Shown here: positions 22,008-31,317 of the stretch, one piece after another | How positions within the stretch are numbered: position 1 is the first letter of the stretch | How the letters are laid out: every line of letters starts with the position of its first letter | From: a virus | Strand: one strand, 5' to 3' | DNA: 64,000 nt | IMG/VR virus record: IMGVR_UViG_3300008448_012223 | Program-made: the position numbers and the translations under genes | Notes under the pieces: generated by a model | Told to the model about the DNA's origin: nothing | Seen by the model: the letters and a program-made list of their open reading frames with translations, nothing else | Database searches by the model: none

Positions 22008-22260
22008 TGTTTTACTCCTGAGTTGTATTGTCGGTTATTTCTTTATTGTTCCCCATGTAAATCTACAAAGGATTTCAAAATCTGCACTTGTTTGATCAAA
22101 AGTTACATCACTCACACAAAACAATCCTTTAGTGATTAGCATAAATCCCCACGCAGAAATTAAGAGTAAAGTCAAGATCAGGGTTATTTTCATAATTTTA
22201 CTTTAACTTTTCTAGGTGTTCTATATTACTTTACCATAATTAAAATTATTTATCTTAGGA

Positions 22261-22289
22261 TTGACAATTTTAGAAGCCTCTGATATAAT
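22261..22289 (+). promoter_or_regulatory. consensus sigma70-type promoter
   Basis: TTGACA-17 nt-TATAAT; predicted +1 near 22296. Confidence 0.85.
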
Positions 22290-22295
22290 TGAAAT

Positions 22296-22493
22296 GCTAG
22301 GGTAGCTTGGTAGCTAAAGGCTGAAACGGAGCCTTCAACCGAAAAGGGACTTAATGCAAAAAATACCTTTGTTTTTTGTTTCAAAACTGAAATTTGCGAA
22401 TCCACCGAACTTGGCAAAGATTGAGTGAGGGAAGGGCGTTTCGTCAGGAGTAGATTTAATTAAGTTTTGCGGGTTCAATTCCCGTCCCTAGTA
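22296..22493 (+). ncRNA. tRNA-like RNA with an expanded anticodon-arm insert
   Basis: Acceptor stem GCTAGGG/CCCTAGT plus A73, D-arm-like segment, T-arm GCGGG-TTCAATT-CCCGT, helix TGAAACG/CGTTTCG. Confidence 0.7.
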
Positions 22494-22534
22494 CCTATTA
22501 AATTATGCCACCAGTCACGAGTTAATAAATTCAT

Positions 22535-22807
22535 TTAATACTCATTGAGTTGCATTTTTAGATTCTTCAGTTTTTCAAGTTTTCTTTCAGTTTGTTTAAT
22601 TGCTTTAAGTCTCTTTTCTTCAAAGACTTTTTGAGCTTCTGTTTCCGTTAGCACGTACTCTTTTGAGGTAAATCCGTCTAGCATTAACACATTAAATTTA
22701 CGGGGATTATCCGGGGAAAATACCTGATTGCAGATTTTTCCACTGCACTTTATAATACCACTTGTTAAAGCATATTTAGTGATATAAACTGTGACTGTTT
22801 CGTCCAT
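22535..22807 (-). CDS. hypothetical protein
   Basis: ORF with AGGAG RBS. Confidence 0.6.
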   Translation of the reverse strand: MDETVTVYITKYALTSGIIKCSGKICNQVFSPDNPRKFNVLMLDGFTSKEYVLTETEAQKVFEEKRLKAIKQTERKLEKLKNLKMQLNEY

Positions 22808-22836
22808 TGATTTACTCCTATGGTTATTATTTTTAA

Positions 22837-22919
22837 TGGGTTAAGCTGGATTTGCACCAGCGTGGAATTAAATCTACAGATTTACAGTCTGTCGCCTTCG
22901 ACTACTCGGCCACTAACCC
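22837..22919 (-). tRNA. tRNA-Tyr(GTA), CCA not encoded
   Basis: GGGTTAG/TTAACCC acceptor stem, ACAGA-CTGTAAA-TCTGT anticodon arm, long variable region, GCTGG-TGCAAAT-CCAGC T-arm. Confidence 0.9.
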
Positions 22920-23053
22920 TTGTTTGTTTTAATTTTAACACAATTACTAATGCTGTGTCAATCATGAGTGTAATTAATTGCCCAGGTACTTAACACCTAC
23001 TATTAACCAATTACGTTGAGTATGATGATGGTGAAATTAGAAGAGCATTAACT

Positions 23054-23317
23054 ATGGCTAAGAAGAAGAGCTTTGCCTTTAAGAAAGAGCACAAGGACCC
23101 AGCCGGAGGGCTAACAGCTAAGGGCCGCGCTGATTACAATCGCGCTACTGGCTCTAACCTGAAGCCCCCTGCCCCTAATCCCAAGAACAAGGTGGATGCG
23201 GCCCGCCGCAAGAGCTTCTGTGCGCGTAGCGCAGGTCAGGCGGATATGCACAATATAGACTGTCGCAAGACACCTAACAAGCGCTTATGCAAGGCGCGCA
23301 GGGCATGGGCATGCTAG
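23054..23317 (+). CDS. small basic conserved phage protein
   Basis: GGLTAKGR...GSNLKPP...RRKSFCAR motif recalled from phage proteins. Confidence 0.7.
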   Translation: MAKKKSFAFKKEHKDPAGGLTAKGRADYNRATGSNLKPPAPNPKNKVDAARRKSFCARSAGQADMHNIDCRKTPNKRLCKARRAWAC

Positions 23318-23327
23318 GAAGCTAGTG

Positions 23328-24770
23328 TCAAGTAGTGAATACAGTGACGTGATCACCGCCGTATGTATCAGTGGCTATCCTAATGCGCGCCTTACTCTGA
23401 GAGTGGAACCAGCCCTGTGGATCCACGAAGTCAATTATAGGTGGGTTACGCTTACCCTCTTTAATGCGTAAGGCCCGGCCCACCTTTTGAATCATAGATA
23501 CACCATCTACTCCTCCCTTACCACCGGCGGCCATGATTATGCTACCAATAGAACGTATGCTCACACCTAGGCTCAAGATACCCTCACTGGCTATAGCGCC
23601 AGATATAGAGCCCGCTGACAGCTGGTCTAGTACGTCGGTTATGTTAGTACTCTTACCATGAATAATGGGTAGAGATGTGCCCAGCGCCTCTAGCTCAGTC
23701 AGTATGTTAAGGGCCTGACTAGCAGGATTCTTCTTCTTACTAGTAGTACCTACCTTACGTACTAGGATGAGCACAGGTCCATAGCCGTCTTTTATCAGTC
23801 GGCATGCGTGCCTCGCTATAAGGGCATTGCGGGCTCTATTATTAACTATGACGCTATCGTATAGCTGATTATAGAGCCATGGTGTAAAGGGCTTATCGAA
23901 TGAGCCGCGCGCTACTGCACCGGGAGGGGCCGGATAAAACTCGAACTTAGGCTGCATAATGACGCCACTCTCGATGAGAGTAGTCTCTTGATACTCTCCG
24001 AGAAGGGGGCCGAATATAGCTTCCATCATCTTAGTGCGCGTAGGTGTAGCAGTCATGCCAATCTTATAACACGCATTGTCTAATGACAGAGCAGTAGTAA
24101 TACCACTTGCATTCATATAGGTATGCGCCTCATCGAACACAGCGACCTCAATACTAGAGAGCCACTCTATATAGCGTCTATCGCCCCGTTTAATACGCTC
24201 ATAGAGAGTATCTACGGTAGCGATAGTCATAGCTCCAATATCATCATTACCATCTCCTACTAGCCCAGGAGAGAGGCCCGCCCACTCCTGCACATCCTCT
24301 GCCATCTGGTAGAGTAGGCGCACGGTAGGTACTACTATGAGTCGGTGGGCCTCGAAGTATTTCATCAGCGTAGCAATAACAGGGCTCTTTCCATAACCAG
24401 TAGCAGCCCGCACGTAGCCCCGGTAGCCCCCTAATACGCTAGCTACTGCCTCTCGTTGGTCGAGGCGTAGTCTGGCGTCTATAACAGGATCGAGTAACGT
24501 TGGTCGGGGGGGTAGCTCTAGAGTAGCAGTATGGCCGGCCCGCCGTAATAACTCCATATAGAGAGGGAGGAGGCCCGCCAATAAGCGATAGTCCCCTCGC
24601 TCATCTGGATAATAGAGAGGGTAATGAGCGGGTATAGCTAGAGGTTCAATAGGAAGAATACCCGCTATAGAGCGGGCCTCTTCTACGTCTAGCACTGCAG
24701 AGAGATGTCTATGACAGCCTGGCAGTAGTTCTGGTATATAGGCCCAGTTACCATCTACTCGTATTATCAT
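23328..24770 (-). CDS. SF2 helicase (UvsW/XPB-like)
   Basis: ATGYGKS, DEAH, TATP, QKVGRALR. Confidence 0.9.
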   Translation of the reverse strand: MIIRVDGNWAYIPELLPGCHRHLSAVLDVEEARSIAGILPIEPLAIPAHYPLYYPDERGDYRLLAGLLPLYMELLRRAGHTATLELPPRPTLLDPVIDARLRLDQREAVASVLGGYRGYVRAATGYGKSPVIATLMKYFEAHRLIVVPTVRLLYQMAEDVQEWAGLSPGLVGDGNDDIGAMTIATVDTLYERIKRGDRRYIEWLSSIEVAVFDEAHTYMNASGITTALSLDNACYKIGMTATPTRTKMMEAIFGPLLGEYQETTLIESGVIMQPKFEFYPAPPGAVARGSFDKPFTPWLYNQLYDSVIVNNRARNALIARHACRLIKDGYGPVLILVRKVGTTSKKKNPASQALNILTELEALGTSLPIIHGKSTNITDVLDQLSAGSISGAIASEGILSLGVSIRSIGSIIMAAGGKGGVDGVSMIQKVGRALRIKEGKRNPPIIDFVDPQGWFHSQSKARIRIATDTYGGDHVTVFTT

Positions 24771-25933
24771 TCGGCCCAGGGGTTCCCATTAATCTCAATT
24801 GTTTCTTCTTCTACAATTTCCGCAGTACACGGGCCAACACTCTTTGTGTTGCTGAAGTCACCCTCATTGAGGACATTAATCTCATCAACAGGATTAATCT
24901 GCTGCCAGTATTTGCGTGCTGCCTTAATAGCTCCTAAGTCAGGAATCTCCTTAACTGCGAAGTTTAGTGATGCCTTGGGGTTCTTATCTTCTGGATTAGG
25001 CGGCACGATACTAATGATAATAGTCTGAAAATAAGGACTCATCTTCATTGCAATAGTATCGCGTTTGCCAACAGGAGCATTATTGAAGTCCTTGCTGTGC
25101 TTGTAGATGAGATTATTGACCATAGCCTCATAACCAACACTAGTCCACTGTTTAGTTGAGGCATCCCAGATACCACGGCGAGTAGACTTTGCCTTGAGGG
25201 GAATGATTAGGATGAAGCCAGTATCATCCATGAGTTCCTTCACTGTATAGTCAGTGAAGGTAGATGTGACCTTGCCCCCCTTATTAGACAATACACGAGT
25301 GGTGAAGCCTGTAACATAGAAGATAAGCTGGCCCGTCGGGCTACAGGTAACAGGGCGGTCCTTACCTTCTACCTCTTGACTATGCAGGCCTGCGCGAATA
25401 CATTCACTACAGGTCATGCCCTTCTTACCAACTAGACCTAGCTTATCGACAATAGGTAGAGGGCGATTAGGTGGATCTCCATATTCAGTTACGCCCTTGA
25501 GACATACGTTCTCAGGGAGGGCCTGGATTAGTTTAATGCTACCATCAGGATAGGCACGCTTATATCCCACACTATTGCAGAAGCGCACATATTTACTATT
25601 AGCTTCATCCCAATAGCTGTGGTCTAACTGCGCCTGGTGCTGTAGTATTACGCCCTGTAACCGTACAATCACACCATTCACGCCCTCGAATTGTTCGAAT
25701 AACTTCTGGTCATCCTGGCCTGGGTAGGCCCAGCGCATCTCTTGGCTATCTTGATAACTAGCGCTATTGAGGCGGCGGACGACAATATCCTTAGGCAGCG
25801 AGGTAAAGTATGTATTAAGGCTGCTCTTCGATGTGTTGATATCAATAGTATCAGTGATGGTATTGATATCAATGTTCAGTTCAGCAGCTAAATCAAGATA
25901 ATCGTTATCGACATTAAGTAATAAATCAGACAT
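24767..25933 (-). CDS. hypothetical replication-module protein, 388 aa
   Basis: Long ORF with CxxC and an acidic tail; function not recognised. Confidence 0.6.
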   Translation of the reverse strand: MSDLLLNVDNDYLDLAAELNIDINTITDTIDINTSKSSLNTYFTSLPKDIVVRRLNSASYQDSQEMRWAYPGQDDQKLFEQFEGVNGVIVRLQGVILQHQAQLDHSYWDEANSKYVRFCNSVGYKRAYPDGSIKLIQALPENVCLKGVTEYGDPPNRPLPIVDKLGLVGKKGMTCSECIRAGLHSQEVEGKDRPVTCSPTGQLIFYVTGFTTRVLSNKGGKVTSTFTDYTVKELMDDTGFILIIPLKAKSTRRGIWDASTKQWTSVGYEAMVNNLIYKHSKDFNNAPVGKRDTIAMKMSPYFQTIIISIVPPNPEDKNPKASLNFAVKEIPDLGAIKAARKYWQQINPVDEINVLNEGDFSNTKSVGPCTAEIVEEETIEINGNPWAE

Positions 25934-26056
25934 ATTCGTGTAGATGTATGTGGTGTATATCTGGTTTAGGTGGACCAGTAACCTTATAGACGCGACTAAT
26001 CGATGCGATAGCCGTAGTTATGTGGCAGGAGCCAGCACTCGGTAAGATAGATTCTC

Positions 26057-26743
26057 CTAGTTCAGAAGTGTATCAAGAAAGGCGAGGTCGTTTTCTGATG
26101 GGGTGGGCCCCACTCTAGCTATCCACTCCTCTAGCGCTAGTGCCAGCCAGGTAGAGCGCGGACCGCCTGCTCTAATACAGGCAGCTACTCTCTCTATAGC
26201 AACACCTATACTATCAGTGCGGCTATTAGACATCAATGCTACATATACCTCACTATCTAGGTTAAGTATGTGGCGGGCCCCACGACCCAGGCGTACTCGA
26301 TTACTCCGAGTACTAGGCCCGACCCAATCTGCTGGCTTACCAGTCTCCTTATAGAGCAGGCTGAGTATTAATAGCTCTGCTCCCAGGCGACGAGGGGCCA
26401 TATGATAGGCTCGCCATAGATTAAGGCGCCCCTGCTGTGTGAGTACGCCCCCTACCTTATTCAGGATAGCCTGATACTGATTGGGGTCTACCTCATAACT
26501 TGTACCGCGAGCGGCCCATGCAGCTGGTATCCTATCGAAGACGAGATAGGCGGTGTTACCCTCTACCTGTGTCACGTGATCAATAGTGGGGGGCCCCTCC
26601 CATATAACCACCACTGGCTCTAGGAAGTTGCCCCACTCGAGACAAGATGCATCGTGTCCTACTAGAGGAGTAATGCCCTGCTGCCGCAAGTGATAGTTGA
26701 GTAGAGTGATAGGTGTAGTAGTCAGGTATATCACTGCAGCCAC
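26057..26743 (-). CDS. hypothetical protein, possible clamp-loader small subunit
   Basis: Adjacent to the dnaX-like gene; the functional guess is positional only. Confidence 0.4.
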   Translation of the reverse strand: MAAVIYLTTTPITLLNYHLRQQGITPLVGHDASCLEWGNFLEPVVVIWEGPPTIDHVTQVEGNTAYLVFDRIPAAWAARGTSYEVDPNQYQAILNKVGGVLTQQGRLNLWRAYHMAPRRLGAELLILSLLYKETGKPADWVGPSTRSNRVRLGRGARHILNLDSEVYVALMSNSRTDSIGVAIERVAACIRAGGPRSTWLALALEEWIARVGPTPSENDLAFLDTLLN

Positions 26744-27834
26744 CTCAGTCCCGTACCTTGAGTTAATAGCAGGGGTACGGGGGACACCACACTAGTACCC
26801 AGATGGGCTAGTAGAACAGCCTCCAGTGGGTATGACTTATTACCCCACCAGCGGGCTAGGTCAGCAAGTAATCGTTCTATAGAGGGATTAGGTCCAGTAA
26901 TTCTATTAATTATATCCTCCACTAGAAGGCCTGCGATTACCTCCCCATTAACGTCGAGTCGCCACATCTTGATATAAGCGCGGACGGCTCTCACATCACT
27001 GAGGGCTAGGGCGCTCCAGAATGCAGCTCGGCCCTCTATAGTAGCGCCACCTGCCAGTTCATCATAAACTAGGTCATAGGTGATATCCTCCACTGTATTA
27101 ACTAGTAGTAGTCGTTCTAGAAGAGACCACGCTCTACCAGCGCTACCGGCCAGTTTAACGAGGGCCTGAGCTGCCTCCAGCTCTATCTTCATTATATCAC
27201 AAATACGCCCCGCCATATCATCAATGGGGGGATTAGATAGCGGTACCTCTAAGCAACGGCGCTCTATGGCCTGGCTCGTCACCTTATTAGCCATTAGCTT
27301 CTGCTTATCCATAGTGCAGAGGATCCAACTGGTATGATTGGGGCCGAACTCAATGGCTTCTAGTAATAGAGATGCCAGCTCAGGGCTGATACGCTGAAAT
27401 TCATCGAGGATGATGAACTGGCGATACTGATCTTCTCTATCCCCTACTATTACAGGACTGGCATAGGCTATATCCAAGAAGCGCTCTATATGAGGCCGGG
27501 CCTCAGTAGGGCTACTGATAGTATAATGATAAATATTAGTGGTATCAGTACCCAGACATACGGGGCACTCACCGCAGCCCTCCCAGCTACCGGGCTCACG
27601 GTTAGGACAGAGAGTGCTACGAGCATATAGTAGAGCTAGTGTAGTCTTACCACAACCAGGCGGACCCCACATTAATATATTCCCCGCCGAGTAAACATTA
27701 TTACCTGCCGAGCTATGCAGATTTCTGCTGATAAGGGCCTTAACTAGCGAGATAGCCAATCCGCCGCCTACATAGTCAGCTAGTCGGCGGGGCCTATGTT
27801 CATTAGATAGACTATTAGTCATAGGGACGCACAC
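26731..27834 (-). CDS. dnaX: DNA polymerase III gamma/tau-like clamp loader AAA+ ATPase
   Basis: EHRPRRLADYVG, GPPGCGKTT, C..C..C..C zinc module, ILDEFQ, ERRC. Confidence 0.85.
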   Translation of the reverse strand: MCVPMTNSLSNEHRPRRLADYVGGGLAISLVKALISRNLHSSAGNNVYSAGNILMWGPPGCGKTTLALLYARSTLCPNREPGSWEGCGECPVCLGTDTTNIYHYTISSPTEARPHIERFLDIAYASPVIVGDREDQYRQFIILDEFQRISPELASLLLEAIEFGPNHTSWILCTMDKQKLMANKVTSQAIERRCLEVPLSNPPIDDMAGRICDIMKIELEAAQALVKLAGSAGRAWSLLERLLLVNTVEDITYDLVYDELAGGATIEGRAAFWSALALSDVRAVRAYIKMWRLDVNGEVIAGLLVEDIINRITGPNPSIERLLADLARWWGNKSYPLEAVLLAHLGTSVVSPVPLLLTQGTGLRWLQ

Positions 27835-28045
27835 AGATAATACATACTAGGGTGAAGACTATGACAGCAATTGTACCTATTTCCAGAGGAGTGAACCCCT
27901 GTTTAGCGAGGTCAATAGTACGTTCAGTAAGACCATAGGTGGCCCCAATTAATAGGTACCAGTACGCTAGATTCTTAATATTCATGTCAAACGATAATAG
28001 TGATGTGTCCTTCTTGATTATCTTGGGGCAGTAGATTGCGCGCAA
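27815..28045 (-). CDS. small membrane protein
   Basis: Two hydrophobic segments. Confidence 0.45.
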   Translation of the reverse strand: MRAIYCPKIIKKDTSLLSFDMNIKNLAYWYLLIGATYGLTERTIDLAKQGFTPLEIGTIAVIVFTLVCIICVRPYD

Positions 28046-28250
28046 TTCTCCAGATCAATTTAGTCTCCTCGATATTAAAGTTAGCGGATATCATGTACGT
28101 GTCAGTAACGTCAGAGTTATAGAGGGGCGCTAGGAGACAGGGTTGCTTATTATCGTGCCAGTAATGAACGACTATACTCTTGATACCCAGAAGGCGCAAC
28201 TTATTGAATAAGGCGGCCCGCTCTGTGACATGTTTATTTTGTGTTTGCAT
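27987..28250 (-). CDS. hypothetical protein
   Basis: ORF in operon context. Confidence 0.45.
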   Translation of the reverse strand: MQTQNKHVTERAALFNKLRLLGIKSIVVHYWHDNKQPCLLAPLYNSDVTDTYMISANFNIEETKLIWRIARNLLPQDNQEGHITIIV

Positions 28251-28989
28251 AGTTCAGTATCTCTTGCTTGATGGTATTTATATCCTTCCTGAAGTACCAC
28301 ATCATACTACCTACAGGGACGGGGTTCCACATACGAGTCTTAACTATCTTATCGATGTCATTATCTCGCAGGGTTTTCTTACTACGTAGTAGGGCCTCGA
28401 GGTCACGTTTAACATCCTCTTCATCTATAGTAGTCTTATAGAAGACACCTCTCTCTACTTCTACTGGATTAAACGTAGTTACAGTAGGATGGCCCCGCCA
28501 GTTATAGACAGCCCCTCTGTAATTGGCTATAGTGGCGTCGAGACCGTGTATGGCCTTAACTGCCTCGCTACCTGCTAGTAATAGAGGTACGCCAGTCGGT
28601 AGTGCTGTGAGCTCAGGGAGTAGCCAGGTATCCCGACAGCGGGAGCGATGAATATCTTTAACTGTCTTGTCTCGAGGGGAGCACTTTATAGCATTAGTAA
28701 AATACACTAGCTCATTAATGGGGGGCCCATCCCACGTGGGGTCACATTCTATAGCCCAATATAAGCAACGCCGGAGGAAGGCCCCGGCACCACCAGTATC
28801 CTCATTGTTAGTGCCGGGAGCGAGGCTCATCTTAGTGGCCTCCTCCCGTTTACCAGGATAGGCTGAGATAGCTACCAGTATTACATCCTTAATAGGTCTC
28901 TCAGACTGACCACTCACTGCCTGCCTAGTAGATAGACTACATACGGTACACTGCGGGTTGAATTGTACGGCTCGGTATAGCGCTGTCAT
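28234..28989 (-). CDS. uracil-DNA glycosylase family 4-like protein
   Basis: CxxC, YPGKREE, YFTNAIKCSP, C...WLLPEL. Confidence 0.75.
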   Translation of the reverse strand: MTALYRAVQFNPQCTVCSLSTRQAVSGQSERPIKDVILVAISAYPGKREEATKMSLAPGTNNEDTGGAGAFLRRCLYWAIECDPTWDGPPINELVYFTNAIKCSPRDKTVKDIHRSRCRDTWLLPELTALPTGVPLLLAGSEAVKAIHGLDATIANYRGAVYNWRGHPTVTTFNPVEVERGVFYKTTIDEEDVKRDLEALLRSKKTLRDNDIDKIVKTRMWNPVPVGSMMWYFRKDINTIKQEILNYANTK

Positions 28990-28990
28990 A

Positions 28991-30073
28991 TTAAGTCTGA
29001 ATTTCGAAGCTTTCGGGATCTATGCCATTATTGAATTCGATTACAGCTTCGCGGGCTGAGGTGTGCGCGGGATCAACACGTACTGCATGGTAGTGATTAG
29101 TGCTAGGGCAGCGCATGGTTAGAATATGCGCGTCCTCGCCACCGAAGTCACCACGGATGATGTGTAGCTCGTACTCATTACCGGAACCTACGTAGCTAGT
29201 AGTATTATAGGTGCTGATGATCTCACTATCCAGGCGCGATAAGATATTCTCGTAGCCCAGCGCCTCAATGAGGATACGGCGGTGCTCAGAGTTCATACCC
29301 TTCTCATCATCAAGTAACCATTTGGGATCCCAGGTAGAGCTATGACACTGCATGAAGGCCGGTAACGGGATACCGTGCCATAACCACAATTCAACGCCAT
29401 CAGAGAATTTAATCGCGGGCTCACCATCGCAATGAATATCGCCGTCTAGAGTATAATGTACCTTGGGCCGCTCACATACAATACATAACTCTTCATAGGT
29501 GTATACCCACGATAAGTTCTCAGCAATGAGCATATACTTATCGTAATCCTCCATAGTCACGCCGAGTACCTCGACGCTGAAGTTAGCGAATGCAGCAAAG
29601 CTCATACGGCACTCGTAAGAGAAGTGACCATTAGCAATATAATTGCTACACTCCTTATCCTTAATAGGATCAATGGGGCCCCGCTCTGCAACATAAGCAT
29701 CGACGAGTTTCTGGAGTACGGCCTCGTTCTCAGGAGTAGCGGGCTTACGCTTAAAGAACTCCTTGATTAATGTGAGTTCAGTCTTAGTAAACTTAGTTTT
29801 AGTCTTCTTACCACTAACGACACTCTGCTCTTCCTCCTCAGCTTTATTGAGAAGAGCAATAATACTGGCCGCCATGATGGGCGAGCTAGTGAAGATAGTA
29901 CGCGGACAGTCGAGATCTCCTAAGTCACAGTGCTTCTTGAGTAGGGCATATAGTTCAGTAACCGCTTGGCGGGCTAGGACTTTATCGAAGGGGCGATCTA
30001 CCATACGGATCCAGCGCTCCTTGTAGGTAGGGATTAGCTGTTCATGTTCCGGAGTTAATTCAAGATAAGTCAT
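28991..30073 (-). CDS. DUF6745-like phage protein
   Basis: W...YEELCIVCERP...G.IHCDGEPAIKFSDG..LW.WHGI. Confidence 0.7.
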   Translation of the reverse strand: MTYLELTPEHEQLIPTYKERWIRMVDRPFDKVLARQAVTELYALLKKHCDLGDLDCPRTIFTSSPIMAASIIALLNKAEEEEQSVVSGKKTKTKFTKTELTLIKEFFKRKPATPENEAVLQKLVDAYVAERGPIDPIKDKECSNYIANGHFSYECRMSFAAFANFSVEVLGVTMEDYDKYMLIAENLSWVYTYEELCIVCERPKVHYTLDGDIHCDGEPAIKFSDGVELWLWHGIPLPAFMQCHSSTWDPKWLLDDEKGMNSEHRRILIEALGYENILSRLDSEIISTYNTTSYVGSGNEYELHIIRGDFGGEDAHILTMRCPSTNHYHAVRVDPAHTSAREAVIEFNNGIDPESFEIQT

Positions 30074-30320
30074 TGAAAAATTGGGTTTGAAATCCCGCCC
30101 CTTAGCGATAGTGGAGGGCGACTTTACATAAATTAATAAGAAACAATTAAAACGCTAGAACAACGAATTAACTGAATCTTGCTAACAGCTATCTGTCCCA
30201 ATCGTTTCCAACTGGTATCGCTTACAGATAGCTGTTTTTCCATTAACATAACCAAGTCTCTACTTGCGTTGCCTAGATCAATTTAGGCAAGCCCTGTTGC
30301 TTTAGGGCGTGGCTAGTTAC
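30074..30320 (-). mobile_element. non-autonomous, internally deleted IsrB-element derivative (~247 bp)
   Basis: omegaRNA 5' end fused to the last ~35 codons of isrB and the right end; highly similar to 59310-59510 and 60615-60681. Confidence 0.85.
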
Positions 30321-30334
30321 CTCTTGCAAAGGTC

Positions 30335-30730
30335 TTATTCAGCTACTTGCCGAGCAAAGTTTCCGTTGCCTCCCGCCCCTGTCCAAAATTCCTGCTTCCA
30401 CACAGATATTTCAGCCTTTTTGATGGCAATTTCCCATTCTAAGTCGGCTATTTCTCGCTCGAGTTCAACAATTTTACTATTAACTTGCTTTAAATCGGCG
30501 ATAATTTCTTGTTTACTGCGTCTATCGTAGATAGCTAGTTCATCCTCTTGTAATTTCTCAAGGATAGAGTTTAGGAAAGCGGTTAAATCGGCCGAGGGAT
30601 TGTCCATATTACCTAAACGCATTAAGATCTGTACCGCTTTGACAACGTCTTGCTGATAAGCTTCTTTGGAGGGGTAATCTTGGGGTTTTTTGAGATCTAA
30701 AGCGTCAATGATAGCGTCAATGATATTCAT
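30335..30730 (-). CDS. hypothetical coiled-coil protein, host-like composition
   Basis: ORF. Confidence 0.55.
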   Translation of the reverse strand: MNIIDAIIDALDLKKPQDYPSKEAYQQDVVKAVQILMRLGNMDNPSADLTAFLNSILEKLQEDELAIYDRRSKQEIIADLKQVNSKIVELEREIADLEWEIAIKKAEISVWKQEFWTGAGGNGNFARQVAE

Positions 30731-30845
30731 ATTTCAGGTTATGAGGGTTAAATGCGAAACTGTGATTATGTCACACTTATGCCGTCGAGTGTTGCCAAAA
30801 AGGCCGGCACTAGGCCGGCCACGGTAGAGGTTACAGTAATTAGTA

Positions 30846-31220
30846 CTAGTCGGCTACAGAGCGGAAACCAGAAGGAGTATACTCTTGCTGAATACCGATC
30901 TTGTAGAGCCCCTGCTTAAAGATAATGGGACCGTGTTCTTCGTGCTGAAGACGGGCCGTACTATCATTTACGCGGAGGTACAGAGTGCCGCTGTCATCAA
31001 GACGGAAGAGTTCAGCAGCCTTATTTTCACCGATGATTGCATTGTTATTGCCCGTTTCAACAGGAACAACCTGATGTTTATGGCCAGTGACTTCACCGTA
31101 TGCTAAGACAGTATTATCAACACGAGTAGCTTTCGATAAGTCAATGCTGTCTTCTGGAATACGTTGAATAAGTACGTCACCTTGACGAGCGAATTTATTG
31201 AAAGTAGGAATAGTAGACAT
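30846..31220 (-). CDS. conserved small phage protein, recalled as a neighbour of DUF6745 genes
   Basis: RQGDVLI, GEVTGHKH, HEEH motifs. Confidence 0.7.
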   Translation of the reverse strand: MSTIPTFNKFARQGDVLIQRIPEDSIDLSKATRVDNTVLAYGEVTGHKHQVVPVETGNNNAIIGENKAAELFRLDDSGTLYLRVNDSTARLQHEEHGPIIFKQGLYKIGIQQEYTPSGFRSVAD

Positions 31221-31317
31221 TGATTATAACTCCGAGAATTTACTGACCCCACGGACTGGGGATATTGACAATTAACCTAGTTTTTGATTAAACCGGGTTG
31301 ACTAGGAACCCGGGCTG

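Noticed and set aside
22296-22493. Ordinary tmRNA or intron-containing tRNA
   Set aside because: No G3-U70 pair, only 198 nt long, no U33-type anticodon loop is reconstructable, and the insert is too short for a group I intron
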